From an uncultured Bacilli bacterium (GTDB lineage: Bacteria; Bacillota_I; Bacilli_A; RF39; UBA660): DNA of 64,000 bases. Numbering within the stretch: the stretch's first letter is position 1; each line of letters opens with the position of its first letter. This document shows, one piece after another, positions 10,417 to 20,898 of the stretch. Where the stretch lies: assembly GCA_947626425.1 (NCBI GenBank), contig CANQRX010000001.1, forward strand, positions 6,528 through 70,527. Reading direction: 5' to 3'. The notes beneath the pieces were generated by a model that had not been told where the DNA came from, ran no database searches, and saw nothing but the letters and a program-made list of their open reading frames with translations. A program made the translations under genes and the position numbers.

Positions 10417-11000
10417 GGCAAATTTCTCCTTATATATTTAGATAACAATTTAACATTAGAACAATGATATAATTTACTTAATTTTTCAATTTTATCAAAA
10501 TTTAATTTATTAAATTCAATTTCATCTATTCGCAAGTCATTAAATAACATATTTTGAAGATTTGCATAATTTAGCAAAGGCGATAAAGTATAAAGTTTAT
10601 CACAAAGAGCTTTCTCGGGACTAGCTATTTGATATGAATATTCCCCTTCAATTTTTAATAATATTTCTTCCGGGTAAGCTAAAGAAGGAATATCACGATA
10701 CGTAAAAACACCAAAACTAGTATCAAACCTTTTTTTCTTTTTTTTACTAAAAGTTGCACAAGTAACTGTCATTACTCTTTCCGGAATCAATCCGTAATAT
10801 GATAAAGCATATTCAAAAGAAATATAAGATGGTCCATAAATAATTCCCGCTAAAAGATAACCTGGAGTATTTGGATCGGTTTCATATAATCCATTGACTA
10901 TTTTATATAATTTTCCGGATTTCGCTTCACGAGATAATTTTGTGTTTGTATTCGCGTAATTAGAAAATTTTTCTTTAAAAATATTGCTAGTAATTATCAT
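10413..11000 (-). CDS. abiEi: AbiEi-family antitoxin (type IV TA system)
   Basis: AbiEi-like N-terminal region (KLYKIVNGLYE...PGYLLAGIIYGPSYISFEYALSYYGLIPE); start set at MIITSN with SD AGAGGTGA at 11004-11011; 4-bp overlap with abiEii. Confidence 0.7.
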   Translation of the reverse strand: MIITSNIFKEKFSNYANTNTKLSREAKSGKLYKIVNGLYETDPNTPGYLLAGIIYGPSYISFEYALSYYGLIPERVMTVTCATFSKKKKKRFDTSFGVFTYRDIPSLAYPEEILLKIEGEYSYQIASPEKALCDKLYTLSPLLNYANLQNMLFNDLRIDEIEFNKLNFDKIEKLSKLYHCSNVKLLSKYIRRNLP

Positions 11001-11125
11001 ATTTTCACCTCTTTTTATCATTTTACGATAATTTATGGTGAAAATCAATGAAAAATTAAAATTTTTCAAATAGTTAAAGAGCTAATTATAAGTCTATTTT
11101 GAAACAAAAAATTCATCACTAACCG

Positions 11126-11575
11126 TCACTCAAAAAATTTTAATTGTCCCCTATACATTTGAGTATATTCCTTTCCTTGACTTCTTACATAATTTTGAAT
11201 TTGTTTTTCATTTCCGTACTTACCTACCGTTCCTACAAAATATCCAGCAGTCCACAGATTACCTCCCCATAATTTTTCTTTTACACATGGACATAATCTA
11301 TATATCTCCTTTGCCGTTATACTTTTTATTATTCTTACTATTTTTCGTGGAGCCAATCTTGGTATTGACTGTATCAAAAAATGCAAATAATCGCCATCTG
11401 TTCCTATTTCAACTATATTTATTTCATACCGCTTAGATATTTCTTTACACGTTTGGATTAATACTTTATCAACTGAATCATCAAAAATTACTCTCCTATA
11501 TTTTGCAGGACACACATAGTGATATAATAAAATGCTCACATCATGAGCTAGTACATAATTACTCATTTTTTTCAC
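11126..11575 (-). mobile_element. tnpA: IS200/IS605-family Y1 (HUH) transposase TnpA, solitary (no tnpB)
   Basis: YVLAHDVSILLYHYVCPAKYRRVIF... and C-terminal GYFVGTVG...Y are typical of IS200 TnpA. Confidence 0.7.
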
Positions 11576-11582
11576 TCCTTTT

Positions 11583-12174
11583 TCTTCGCACGATTAAACC
11601 AGAGATTAAATAACCAATTATTATTCCCAAAAAATTCATTATTAAATCATCTATATCAAAACTTCGACCAATAATTGGTTGAAAAATTTCAATCATTAAT
11701 GGAATCAAAATTGTAAAAATAACAATATTTTTATTATTTATTTTTTTTTAATATAAAGGCAACAACACTCCCATCGGAATAAACATTAAAACATTTCCAA
11801 TTATCATTGTCATCACCCAACTACCGAACAAGTACTTGCCTGTAATAGCTTTATATAAAATAGGAACAAAGTTATAAGAAAATTCAAACATCCCTTCAAA
11901 AAAGATTCTCACTATATCCATAAAATATTAAATGCCATATTCTACTCCAAAAATTACTCGGCACTAGTACTAAATTAAATAATAACCCATTATAACTAAT
12001 AAAAATTAAATACATTATTTCTTGCTTATAGTCTATTTTAACCATTTTCTTTTTTAAAATAATAATTCTAACAACAATATACAAAAGACATATTAATAAA
12101 GTTATTGGTATAATCTGGAGAAATTGATTAATAATCGAATCACCTAATAATAATTTTTTCATTTTGCTTCTCAA
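11583..12174 (-). pseudogene. VanZ-family membrane protein gene broken by frameshifts at homopolymer tracts
   Basis: 92-aa ORF (12174..11896) continues in two other frames: ...ILYKAITGKYLFGSWVMTMIIGNVLMFIPMGVLLPLY and NIVIFTILIPLMIEIFQPIIGRSFDIDDLIMNFLGIIIGYLISGL. The latter carries the VanZ motif GR..D..D...N..G. Frames switch at the T10/A-rich run near 11738-11760. Confidence 0.45.
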
Positions 12175-12181
12175 TTACGAT

Positions 12182-12796
12182 TTATTTTTCAAATTTAACA
12201 GTTACTTTATCGTTTCCTAAATCAGGTAAATTATCAACATGTCCTATTTTTGTATAGCTATAACTTGTAACAAATGATTTATAAAAAATAACTAAACATT
12301 TATCACCATATAGCATTAAATCTCCAGTCAAAATTTTTTGAGGATGTGTTGAATTTACCTGTAAAGAATAATCCATATAAACATATTTTTCATTTCCATT
12401 TAATTCTTCCATCGTAAAATCTTGAGGTAACCTCTCCAAAAATTCATTTACTGTCTCATTCTCTTCAAGGGTTACATTATATTTTTGATTTTTTATTATC
12501 ACTTTTATATTTTTCATTTGCTCTTCCTCACCTTTCTTTTCAAAATCCTCATCCTTTTGAGGTTCTACTGATACCGACAAAAAGTTTTTTTCCCATTTAT
12601 AAGCAGTTACTTTTTCACCATCTTTAAAAACATAAGTATCCACCAAAATTCCTTTATCTTTTCTTAATAAATTTCCCTCTTTGTAATTTTCAACAACTTT
12701 TAAAAAAGGACTATTATTAAAAATTTTGGCTTGGAAAGTATCTAAAAATATTATTCCTATCACAATAAATAAAATAATTTTAAAAGCTTTTTTCAT
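12182..12796 (-). CDS. secreted protein with cyclophilin-like fold domain (weak)
   Basis: Signal-peptide-like N-terminus MKKAFKIILFIVIGIIFLDTFQA; C-terminal GDLMLYGDKCLVIFYKSF resembles cyclophilin-like (non-PPIase) domains. Confidence 0.35.
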   Translation of the reverse strand: MKKAFKIILFIVIGIIFLDTFQAKIFNNSPFLKVVENYKEGNLLRKDKGILVDTYVFKDGEKVTAYKWEKNFLSVSVEPQKDEDFEKKGEEEQMKNIKVIIKNQKYNVTLEENETVNEFLERLPQDFTMEELNGNEKYVYMDYSLQVNSTHPQKILTGDLMLYGDKCLVIFYKSFVTSYSYTKIGHVDNLPDLGNDKVTVKFEK

Positions 12797-12867
12797 CTAA
12801 ACACCAACTTTATTAAATAACATTTTATCATGATTAACGTAGAGCATAAAGCAAAAAAAGCAAGAAA

Positions 12868-14619
12868 TTAACTTCCCACAACTTCACTGCTCTTTTTTAA
12901 TTCCAATTCATACAATTTCTTATAAGTATCATTATTTTGTAAAAGTTCTTCATGCGTACCCATTCCAATTATTTTTCCATCATCTAATAAAATTAAACGA
13001 TCGCTGTTGATAACTGTAGATAAACGATGAGCAATGATTAAAATTGTATATTTTCCTTGCATATTTAAAATCGATTTTTGAATTTCATTTTGAGTTTCGT
13101 TATCCAAAGCACTCGTTGCTTCATCAAATAAAATTATTTCCGTTTTTAAAATCAAAGCCCTCGCAATCGCAAGCCGTTGCCTCTGTCCGCCTGATAAAGT
13201 AACACCGCCTTCGCCAACCAACGTATCATAACCATCTTTCAAAGACATTACAAAATCATGCAAACAAGCCATTTTACAAGCCTTAATCATTTCTGTTTCG
13301 GTTAAATCACTTTTAATAATTTTTAAATTATCCCGAATACTCATATTAAAAATATAAGGACTTTGACTAATTATTGATAAATTACCCCTTATCGAAGCCT
13401 TATCTAATTCGTTTATAGGAATACCATCAAACAAAATTTCTCCTTTGGTAACATCATATAGCTTGGCTATTAAATTAAAAATTGTCGATTTACCAGCCCC
13501 ACTTTTCCCTACAAAGGAAACAATTTCATTTGGTTTAATTTTAAAATTAATATTTTTTAGCACTTCATTATCGTCATACTGAAACGAAACATTTCGAAAT
13601 TCAATCTCTCCTGTTGCTTTTTTGATTTTTTTAGTTCCAAACTTTTCTTTCGGATACTCATCATCAATAACATCAAATATTCTTTCCGCCGCCAAAGAAT
13701 AACTTTTAAGCGAATTTAAAAAATTTTCAATTTCACTAGAAATACTTACTATATTACCACGATAGTTTAAAATAACTAACATCGTTGCCACAGCAAGCTG
13801 TCCATCAATAATAAAATAAATACCAATCGTCATAATCAAAAAATCTAAAATATCACGAATACTAGCAACTACCAAACGATACCTATTTCGCACTAAATTC
13901 GTATCATAAAAAGTTTGATTTTTTTGCCAAGTTATTTCCTTTGATTTTTGTAAAAAAGATTCTTCAGCATCTAATATTTTTATATCCTTCGCGCCTCGCA
14001 CCAATTCGCTAATAAAACCTGAAGCTTTATCATCCATTCTTTTTTCAATTTCCCTTTTTTCAGCAACTTTTTCAGCCGATCTTTTCTGTAAAAATATTAA
14101 CAAAAAGATAAAAATTAAATATAAAATAAAAATAAATTTATTTAAGAAAAAAATACTTATAAATATCCCAATTGTCGTAATTAAATAAGTAGCCTCATCG
14201 ACTAATAAACTAAAAATATCTGCCAAAACATCAGTATCATTATTGATCCGTTCAATAAATACCCCACTTGAATTTTGATTTAAAGTATTCATTTCAATTT
14301 TCAAAGTTTCTTTAGCAACAGCATCTTGCAAATTCTTTTTCACTGCAAAATAATATTTTAAACTAAATAAGGAATAAAAATAATTAACAACGTTTCTTAT
14401 TATTTCAATGACAAAAGTAGCGCCAACCATCAATAGCAATTGCCCCCATATTTCTCCTGTTAAAGCCACGATTTTCTGAGCAGCAATAAGCGGCGAAACA
14501 ACTTCAATTCCACACAATAGTACACAAGTTATAAAAAAGTAATAAAAATATCTTTTTTCTTGCAAAGCATAATTATAAGTTCGTTTTAAATAATACCAAA
14601 CTGACTTTTTCATTCCCAA
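12868..14619 (-). CDS. ABC transporter, fused permease/ATP-binding (type I exporter, MsbA-like)
   Basis: 6-TM N-terminal domain; Walker A GKSGAGKST, signature LSGGQRQRLAIARAL, Walker B ILFDEATSALD. Confidence 0.85.
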   Translation of the reverse strand: MGMKKSVWYYLKRTYNYALQEKRYFYYFFITCVLLCGIEVVSPLIAAQKIVALTGEIWGQLLLMVGATFVIEIIRNVVNYFYSLFSLKYYFAVKKNLQDAVAKETLKIEMNTLNQNSSGVFIERINNDTDVLADIFSLLVDEATYLITTIGIFISIFFLNKFIFILYLIFIFLLIFLQKRSAEKVAEKREIEKRMDDKASGFISELVRGAKDIKILDAEESFLQKSKEITWQKNQTFYDTNLVRNRYRLVVASIRDILDFLIMTIGIYFIIDGQLAVATMLVILNYRGNIVSISSEIENFLNSLKSYSLAAERIFDVIDDEYPKEKFGTKKIKKATGEIEFRNVSFQYDDNEVLKNINFKIKPNEIVSFVGKSGAGKSTIFNLIAKLYDVTKGEILFDGIPINELDKASIRGNLSIISQSPYIFNMSIRDNLKIIKSDLTETEMIKACKMACLHDFVMSLKDGYDTLVGEGGVTLSGGQRQRLAIARALILKTEIILFDEATSALDNETQNEIQKSILNMQGKYTILIIAHRLSTVINSDRLILLDDGKIIGMGTHEELLQNNDTYKKLYELELKKSSEVVGS

Positions 14620-14754
14620 ATTCCCTTCTTTAGCAACCTTATTTTAATATTTTAGGTTCTAAAAAACAATAGACAATTTAAGAATTTATTAAAAATCAAA
14701 AGTAAAAAAAATTAAGTGTGGTCTCAAGAGAACTTTCGCCATCAAACAAGCCAA

Positions 14755-16086
14755 TTAATTGATCGTCAAAGTGTAAGGCGAATTTTCAGTTCCATCTCCT
14801 CCATTTATCTTCACATTAGATTTCAGATACACGACGGGGCGAATCGCGATGGTATCGTAAGCAGTATTGCTGTAGACACCCCCGTTCGGATCGACACGAA
14901 ACACATAGTAAGCATACAAAGAGTCTGGCACAGGTATCATTGTCCATTGTTCAGTACTAGAGTCAAGTAACCAATCATTACTTTTACAATAACTATTAGC
15001 AGAATTACTCCAATTAAACATTGATATTTCTAAACATTGCTTTCTCTTTTTTAATTGACCTCCACTTGTTGCTAACCCATAATCACTCGGATACATTAAG
15101 CCTACTTTACCTATCCATGTCGTTTGTCTTTCTACTGTATCGTTACAAAAATCTTCATCTTCCGTACATTTTTTTCCTGTATTTTTACTTCGCTCAACAT
15201 TATACATATAACTTGGAGTTATTAAAGTAGTCCAACTTGTTGTTTCTGATGTACCCGTATTCCATGTTACTTCTTCTATCATATTTTGAGCTGTTGCATT
15301 TAATGGTGACCAACTGGGACAAGAACTATTACCACATTTATCATTAGAAAGGCCTGTAATTTCTCCACCATACTTCTTTAAGGCATACATTAAATCTGCC
15401 TGACTCCATTCATTCACTCCTCTACCACCTTGTACACCTGCAGCAGATAAATCCCAACTATATGTTCCTAAACTATCCTTTTTGATAATTTTTAACAATT
15501 TTTGTTTCCCACTTGATTTTGTTTCCACATTTTCCATTAAACCTATTATTCGCCACGTTTCCCCATTAAATGTAACATAATTATCGGGATCTGGTCCTAT
15601 AAATCTTATGTTATTATCTTCTCCTTCTTGTTCATAATAAATTTGGTCAGCATAAAAACCACCATTTACTAAATCTTGGATTTTATCTTCAATTTCTGTT
15701 CCACCAACTGGTTCATCTCCTGTTAAAAAATATAATGTACATTTGGTTTTCGTTTGTTTTAAACCACTTAGTAAAAACCGCCAATTCGTACTATCCCAAT
15801 TACCTGTTGCTCCATTTGTACATTCGGCATGGTCAAAACGTATACCTTCACCTTTTTGGGGTATGTTCGTAACGTCTTTATCATCTAACTTGACCGCTAT
15901 GATTGAAATATCTCCACTGTTAACTTGTATCTTTCCATTCATTATTGGAAAACTTTCGGTAACTTGGTATTTTCCTAAACTTCTATTTAGTAGATACCCC
16001 CCCCCTAAAGCCATTATTCCTACCATACTTCCAATTAATATTTTCGTTTTTTTACTTGTTTTTAACTTATAATTTTCTATTTTCAT
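14755..16086 (-). CDS. membrane-anchored secreted cysteine-rich protein of unknown function
   Basis: N-terminal signal-anchor ILIGSMVGIMALGGGYLL; Cys pairs CGNSSCPSW, CTEDEDFC, CLEIS...C; no catalytic motif recognised. Confidence 0.4.
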   Translation of the reverse strand: MKIENYKLKTSKKTKILIGSMVGIMALGGGYLLNRSLGKYQVTESFPIMNGKIQVNSGDISIIAVKLDDKDVTNIPQKGEGIRFDHAECTNGATGNWDSTNWRFLLSGLKQTKTKCTLYFLTGDEPVGGTEIEDKIQDLVNGGFYADQIYYEQEGEDNNIRFIGPDPDNYVTFNGETWRIIGLMENVETKSSGKQKLLKIIKKDSLGTYSWDLSAAGVQGGRGVNEWSQADLMYALKKYGGEITGLSNDKCGNSSCPSWSPLNATAQNMIEEVTWNTGTSETTSWTTLITPSYMYNVERSKNTGKKCTEDEDFCNDTVERQTTWIGKVGLMYPSDYGLATSGGQLKKRKQCLEISMFNWSNSANSYCKSNDWLLDSSTEQWTMIPVPDSLYAYYVFRVDPNGGVYSNTAYDTIAIRPVVYLKSNVKINGGDGTENSPYTLTIN

Positions 16087-16283
16087 TTATCTTTTTCCTT
16101 CCTATTTTCTACTAAAATTATAAGTTAATACCCTTCTTTTTTCAAGACGAAATATAATTTTTTATGGCGTAGTTTATCGAAAGTATTTTTTTAAATTCTT
16201 TAATTATTTTTTAAGAAAAATTTCATAATTAGAAAGCATAAAATTAATAAATCAAACCATACTAAAAACAAAGAGGTGATAAA

Positions 16284-16823
16284 ATGTTAATCTTTGTTGG
16301 TTCTAGAAGAAAAGGTAATTGTTATAACTTAGCCCATAAAATTCAAAAAGAATTAAATAATGATCATTTAGAAAGTGAAATTATTATTCCGGGTAATCAA
16401 AGAATTTTCCTTTGTACTGGCTGTCGCGACTGTGAAGTAAGTGGTATTTGTGATTTTAAAGACGACATGCAAAAAATTATTCCCAAAATTAAAGAAGAAA
16501 AAGTTTTATTATTTATAACACCTGCTCGTTTTAATGCCATTTCAAGTGATTTAAAAGTAATGATTGATCGTTTAAATCCGCTTTATCCAAGACAAGAATT
16601 AAAAATGAAAAAAATGATAATTGTTGCCATCGGAGCAAAAGAAGCCGATATTTACAGCACGGAACAAGTCGTAAATAACTTTTTAAGCATTGCTGATGCC
16701 TTCCAAATGGACCCCGTAATTCGCTATGAATTTAATAATTGCTTAAATCCCGATGACATTTTAAAACAAGAATCTAAAATTCAAAATTTAATTACCGACA
16801 TAAAAAAAGAACTTATCAACTAA
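16284..16823 (+). CDS. iron-sulfur flavoprotein / NADPH-dependent FMN reductase-like (flavodoxin fold)
   Basis: Compact cysteine cluster CTGCRDCEVSGIC (CX2CX2CX5C) typical of Isf-type flavoproteins; flavodoxin-like N-terminus. Confidence 0.55.
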   Translation: MLIFVGSRRKGNCYNLAHKIQKELNNDHLESEIIIPGNQRIFLCTGCRDCEVSGICDFKDDMQKIIPKIKEEKVLLFITPARFNAISSDLKVMIDRLNPLYPRQELKMKKMIIVAIGAKEADIYSTEQVVNNFLSIADAFQMDPVIRYEFNNCLNPDDILKQESKIQNLITDIKKELIN

Positions 16824-16830
16824 GTTCTTT

Positions 16831-17580
16831 TTAAATTCGAAAAACTTCTTTAATATTTTGATTCGTAATCTTTTCTAATTCTTCTAAAGAAATATTGGTT
16901 TCTTGACAAATAAAATCCGCGATATTTTTAATATACTTTGGTTCATTTGTTGTCCCACGAAAAGGATGCGGTGTTAAATAAGGACTATCAGTTTCTAAAA
17001 TAATATTAGGTAAAATATCTGGCAAAATTTCTTTTAAATTGCAATTTTTAAAAGTTACAACACCATTTATTCCTAACTTATAACCTAATTTAAGATAAAT
17101 ATCCGCGACTTCTTTGCTTAACGAAAACGAATGAATAACTCCCGTAACTTTTGGAAACTCTTTTAAAATATTAATTGTATCCTCTGTTGCTTCTCGACTA
17201 TGAATAACGACTGGCAAGCCCCATTCGCAAGCTATCTGCATTTGTTTTCGAAAAAGCTTTTTTTGAGCTTCTTTATTTTCTTTTCCGTAATGATAATCTA
17301 AACCAATTTCCCCTATACCAACGATTTTTTTGGAAGCTAAGTTTTCCTTTATAAAATCTAAATCTTCTTCCTTATATTCTAATATATTCTCGGGATGAAT
17401 TCCTAAACAGCCATAAATACAATCGTACTCTTTGACTAATTCTAAAACTTCTTGATTGCTAGTCTTATCACAACCATCGACAATGAACCGATTAACTCCA
17501 TTTTTTTGGGCATTATCAATAATTGAAGGTAAATCATTATAATATTCTTTAAACAAATGACAATGACTATCAGTTAGCAT
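16831..17580 (-). CDS. tatD: TatD-family metal-dependent DNase/hydrolase (YabD)
   Basis: MLTDSHCHL start; located after metG as in Bacillus (metS-yabD). Confidence 0.85.
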   Translation of the reverse strand: MLTDSHCHLFKEYYNDLPSIIDNAQKNGVNRFIVDGCDKTSNQEVLELVKEYDCIYGCLGIHPENILEYKEEDLDFIKENLASKKIVGIGEIGLDYHYGKENKEAQKKLFRKQMQIACEWGLPVVIHSREATEDTINILKEFPKVTGVIHSFSLSKEVADIYLKLGYKLGINGVVTFKNCNLKEILPDILPNIILETDSPYLTPHPFRGTTNEPKYIKNIADFICQETNISLEELEKITNQNIKEVFRI

Positions 17581-19120
17581 TACTATTTATTTCTTTCATT
17601 TTGGCATCAATATCTAATCTTTGAAATAAAATTTTCGCTTCATTAAGTTGATAACGACCTTCAAAATTAAAAGTATCTGTTTCATCATCAGTATTTAATT
17701 GTCTTAATATTTCTTTTGAGGTATCTGGTAAAAATGATGATAATAACACGGCACTCACACGAATTCCTTCTAATAAATTATAAAGAACACATTCTAACAA
17801 ATCCCGCGAATTTTCATCTTTTGCTAAAACCCATGGCGCTGTTTCATCAATATATTTATTGCTCTTGCGTAATAAATCAAAAATAACGTCTAAAGATGCT
17901 CCAACTTCCAATTTTGTCATTTTCTCATCTAATAATTTTGAAGTTTCGACAATCGCAGCAATATAATTATGATTTATTGCATTATTAACAACCTTTTCAT
18001 TCGTTATAGCCCCATTAAAATATTTATGAGCCATAGTAATAGTTCGATTAACTAAATTACCTAAAATATTAACTAAATCCGTATTAATTCGTTCCATAAT
18101 TAATTCATAAGTAATTGTCCCGTCATTTGCAAAAGGAATTTCATGCAAGACATAATAACGAATTGCATCGACTCCAAATAAATTAACTAAATCATCAGCA
18201 TACATAATGTTACCCTTACTTTTACTCATTTTGTCATTACCCATCAATAACCAAGGATGACCAAAAATTTGCTTAGGTAAAGGTAAACCTAAAGCCATCA
18301 ATAAAATTGGCCAATAAATCGTATGAAAACGGACAATATCCTTTCCAATCAAATGTAAATCAGCTGGCCACCATTTTTGAAAATTGGTATTTCCGCCATC
18401 AACATCATAACCAATATTCGTAATATAATTTGACAAAGCATCAATCCAAACATAAACAACATGTTTATCATTAAAAGGAACTTTAACACCCCAATCAAAA
18501 GTCGTTCGCGAAACACATAAATCTTGTAACCCAGGTTCCAAAAAATTATGAATCATTTCATTTTTCCGTGATGGAGGCTGAATAAAATCAGGATGACTAT
18601 CAATATATTCTCTTAATTGTTGTTGATACTTTGACATTTTAAAAAAGTAAGCTTCTTCTTCTCGATGTTCAACCTCACGATGACAATCAGGACATTTTCC
18701 ATCCACTAGCTGGGACTCGGTCCAAAAAGATTCACAAGGTGTACAATACAATCCTTCATATTTTCCCAAATAAATATCCCCTTGATCATACAATTTTTGA
18801 AAAATATTTTGGACAATTTTTTTATGATGTTCATCCGTAGTTCGTACGAAATTATCATAACTTGTATTCATGACATCCCATATATCTTTAATTGTTTGAT
18901 ACTCTTTATCAACAAACTCTTGAGGCGTTAAACCAGCTTCCATAGCCTTTTTCTCAATTTTCTCCCCATGTTCATCAGTTCCCGTTTGAAAATAAACATC
19001 AAAACCTTTTCTTCTTTTATAACGGGCAATAGCATCAGCTAGAACAATTTCATAAGTATTTCCAATATGGGGTTTTCCCGAAGCATAAGCAATTGCCGTT
19101 GAAATATAATACTTCTCCAT
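17570..19120 (-). CDS. metG: methionine--tRNA ligase (short form)
   Basis: HIGN (HIGH) motif ASGKPHIGNTYE, KMSKS motif and CPDC zinc knuckle. Confidence 0.9.
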   Translation of the reverse strand: MEKYYISTAIAYASGKPHIGNTYEIVLADAIARYKRRKGFDVYFQTGTDEHGEKIEKKAMEAGLTPQEFVDKEYQTIKDIWDVMNTSYDNFVRTTDEHHKKIVQNIFQKLYDQGDIYLGKYEGLYCTPCESFWTESQLVDGKCPDCHREVEHREEEAYFFKMSKYQQQLREYIDSHPDFIQPPSRKNEMIHNFLEPGLQDLCVSRTTFDWGVKVPFNDKHVVYVWIDALSNYITNIGYDVDGGNTNFQKWWPADLHLIGKDIVRFHTIYWPILLMALGLPLPKQIFGHPWLLMGNDKMSKSKGNIMYADDLVNLFGVDAIRYYVLHEIPFANDGTITYELIMERINTDLVNILGNLVNRTITMAHKYFNGAITNEKVVNNAINHNYIAAIVETSKLLDEKMTKLEVGASLDVIFDLLRKSNKYIDETAPWVLAKDENSRDLLECVLYNLLEGIRVSAVLLSSFLPDTSKEILRQLNTDDETDTFNFEGRYQLNEAKILFQRLDIDAKMKEINSNAN

Positions 19121-19160
19121 AAAAATTCCTCCTCGTATATTAAGTGTATCAAATTTAATT

Positions 19161-20111
19161 TTAAATTACAAAAACAACCGTATAATAAATAACAAAAACT
19201 GCTAACATAAATATTCCTTGCCACTTTAACAAAACACTTTTATTACTTTTCGCGAAAACATATAACAATAAAGCTGCTAAAACCATCACAATTAAATCTA
19301 AACCTTGAAAACTACTTGGAATAATCCCCCCATAAATTACAACTGGTACTCCTAAAACGACACATATGTTAAAAATATTACTGCCAATTATATTTCCAAG
19401 CAATAAATCTTGTTCACCCTTTTTGGAAGAAACAACCGTTGTTACCAATTCAGGCAAAGAAGTTCCAAAAGCTACAATTGATAAAGAAATAACTCTTTCA
19501 CTTATTCCCAATAATTTAGCAATCGCAGACGCACTATCCACAACTAAATCACTACCATAAATAATACCTAATAAGCCTATACCCACAAATAATAAAGATT
19601 TTCCTAAGCCAAACATTTCCTCATCATCCGCTTTTTCCTTTTTTTGCTTAGCTAAACTAATTAAATAATAAACAAAAACCGTAAAAAATAAGAGAATAAC
19701 AATTCCATCGGACCGCGTTATTTGGTTAATTCCATTACCCAAAGCTGAATCCCACATTAAAACTGCTAACAAAACGGTAATCAATAAAGCCATTGGTAAT
19801 TCTTTCGTAACTGTATTATCTTTCATCTTAATTGGTTTAATAACCGCCGCAATTCCTAAAATAAGCAAAATATTTAAGATGCAACTTCCGATAACATTCC
19901 CTAAAACCATATCACTATTACCCGAAGCCAAAGCACTCATTGATACCGCAAACTCAGGAGCACTAGTTCCAAAAGCCACAATGGTTAAACCAACTAGCAT
20001 TTTTGAAACCTTAAAATTTAAAGCCGTTGAACTAGCCCCATCAACAAAAAAATCAGCTCCTTTTATTAATAAAATAAAACCCACAATTAAAATAACCATA
20101 TTTAAAATCAT
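19161..20111 (-). CDS. Ca2+/Na+ antiporter (CaCA family, YrbG-like)
   Basis: Two alpha-repeats GNVIGSCILNILLILG / GNIIGSNIFNICVVLG. Confidence 0.8.
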   Translation of the reverse strand: MILNMVILIVGFILLIKGADFFVDGASSTALNFKVSKMLVGLTIVAFGTSAPEFAVSMSALASGNSDMVLGNVIGSCILNILLILGIAAVIKPIKMKDNTVTKELPMALLITVLLAVLMWDSALGNGINQITRSDGIVILLFFTVFVYYLISLAKQKKEKADDEEMFGLGKSLLFVGIGLLGIIYGSDLVVDSASAIAKLLGISERVISLSIVAFGTSLPELVTTVVSSKKGEQDLLLGNIIGSNIFNICVVLGVPVVIYGGIIPSSFQGLDLIVMVLAALLLYVFAKSNKSVLLKWQGIFMLAVFVIYYTVVFVI

Positions 20112-20129
20112 ATTTTTAACCCACTTTCC

Positions 20130-20849
20130 TTAAAAATTAACGTATTTAGCAATTTTCAAACCACTGTAATTATATACAACAAACATTCCCATATTACCAT
20201 CAATTAATTTAATTTCTTCAATTGGATAAAATCGTTGAACATTTTTTTCTTGTAAATATTCCATATTTTCTAATTCACATTTATAAGCTTTAAGAGGATA
20301 ACCCATTAAAGCAATCTTAAAACGCACAGCTCCTTCATAATTAAAATAATTTTGGTATATCAAGATAAATAAAACAAATAATGGTAATAAAAGAAAAATA
20401 TTATTCTTTTGCATAAAAATTTTAATTAAAAAATAACAAATTATTATACTAAGACCTAAAATCAAGTAGACACTTATATTATTAAAAAGATAAAAGATAA
20501 AAAAGAATAACATTAAAAAAAGTCCCAAACTAATTCCCATCATAATCGGTTTATTTTGTTTATGTTTTTTTCGTAAAGTCATTAAAATCAGCAATAAATA
20601 ACCAAAACAACCACCATTTATTAAAAACCAAATAATAAATAATAACATATGTTCTTTTTTAAAATTCAACAAGTAGATAACGCTTGAATAATCTTTATTT
20701 AAAGATGGTATTAAATATAATAAATTAACAATCACCAATATAAATGTTAAGAATAATACTTGAAACATCGATTTCTTTAATTTTTTCTTTTTTAAATCTA
20801 AAACTTCCCAAATTAAAAAGATAATTAATAATAAAAGAGCATATATCAC
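20130..20849 (-). CDS. integral membrane protein of unknown function
   Basis: 239 aa, 6-7 hydrophobic segments; no motif. Confidence 0.4.
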   Translation of the reverse strand: MIYALLLLIIFLIWEVLDLKKKKLKKSMFQVLFLTFILVIVNLLYLIPSLNKDYSSVIYLLNFKKEHMLLFIIWFLINGGCFGYLLLILMTLRKKHKQNKPIMMGISLGLFLMLFFFIFYLFNNISVYLILGLSIIICYFLIKIFMQKNNIFLLLPLFVLFILIYQNYFNYEGAVRFKIALMGYPLKAYKCELENMEYLQEKNVQRFYPIEEIKLIDGNMGMFVVYNYSGLKIAKYVNF

Positions 20850-20898
20850 CTTAAATCACTTCCCACTCAAAATTATATCAAAAAAACACCCGAAGGTG

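Noticed and set aside
16087-16283. Possible riboswitch or T-box leaders upstream of metG, the ABC transporter or the flavoprotein gene
   Set aside because: metG has only a 40-bp upstream spacer, and no T-box specifier or antiterminator motifs are seen. The other spacers show no conserved riboswitch cores by inspection.
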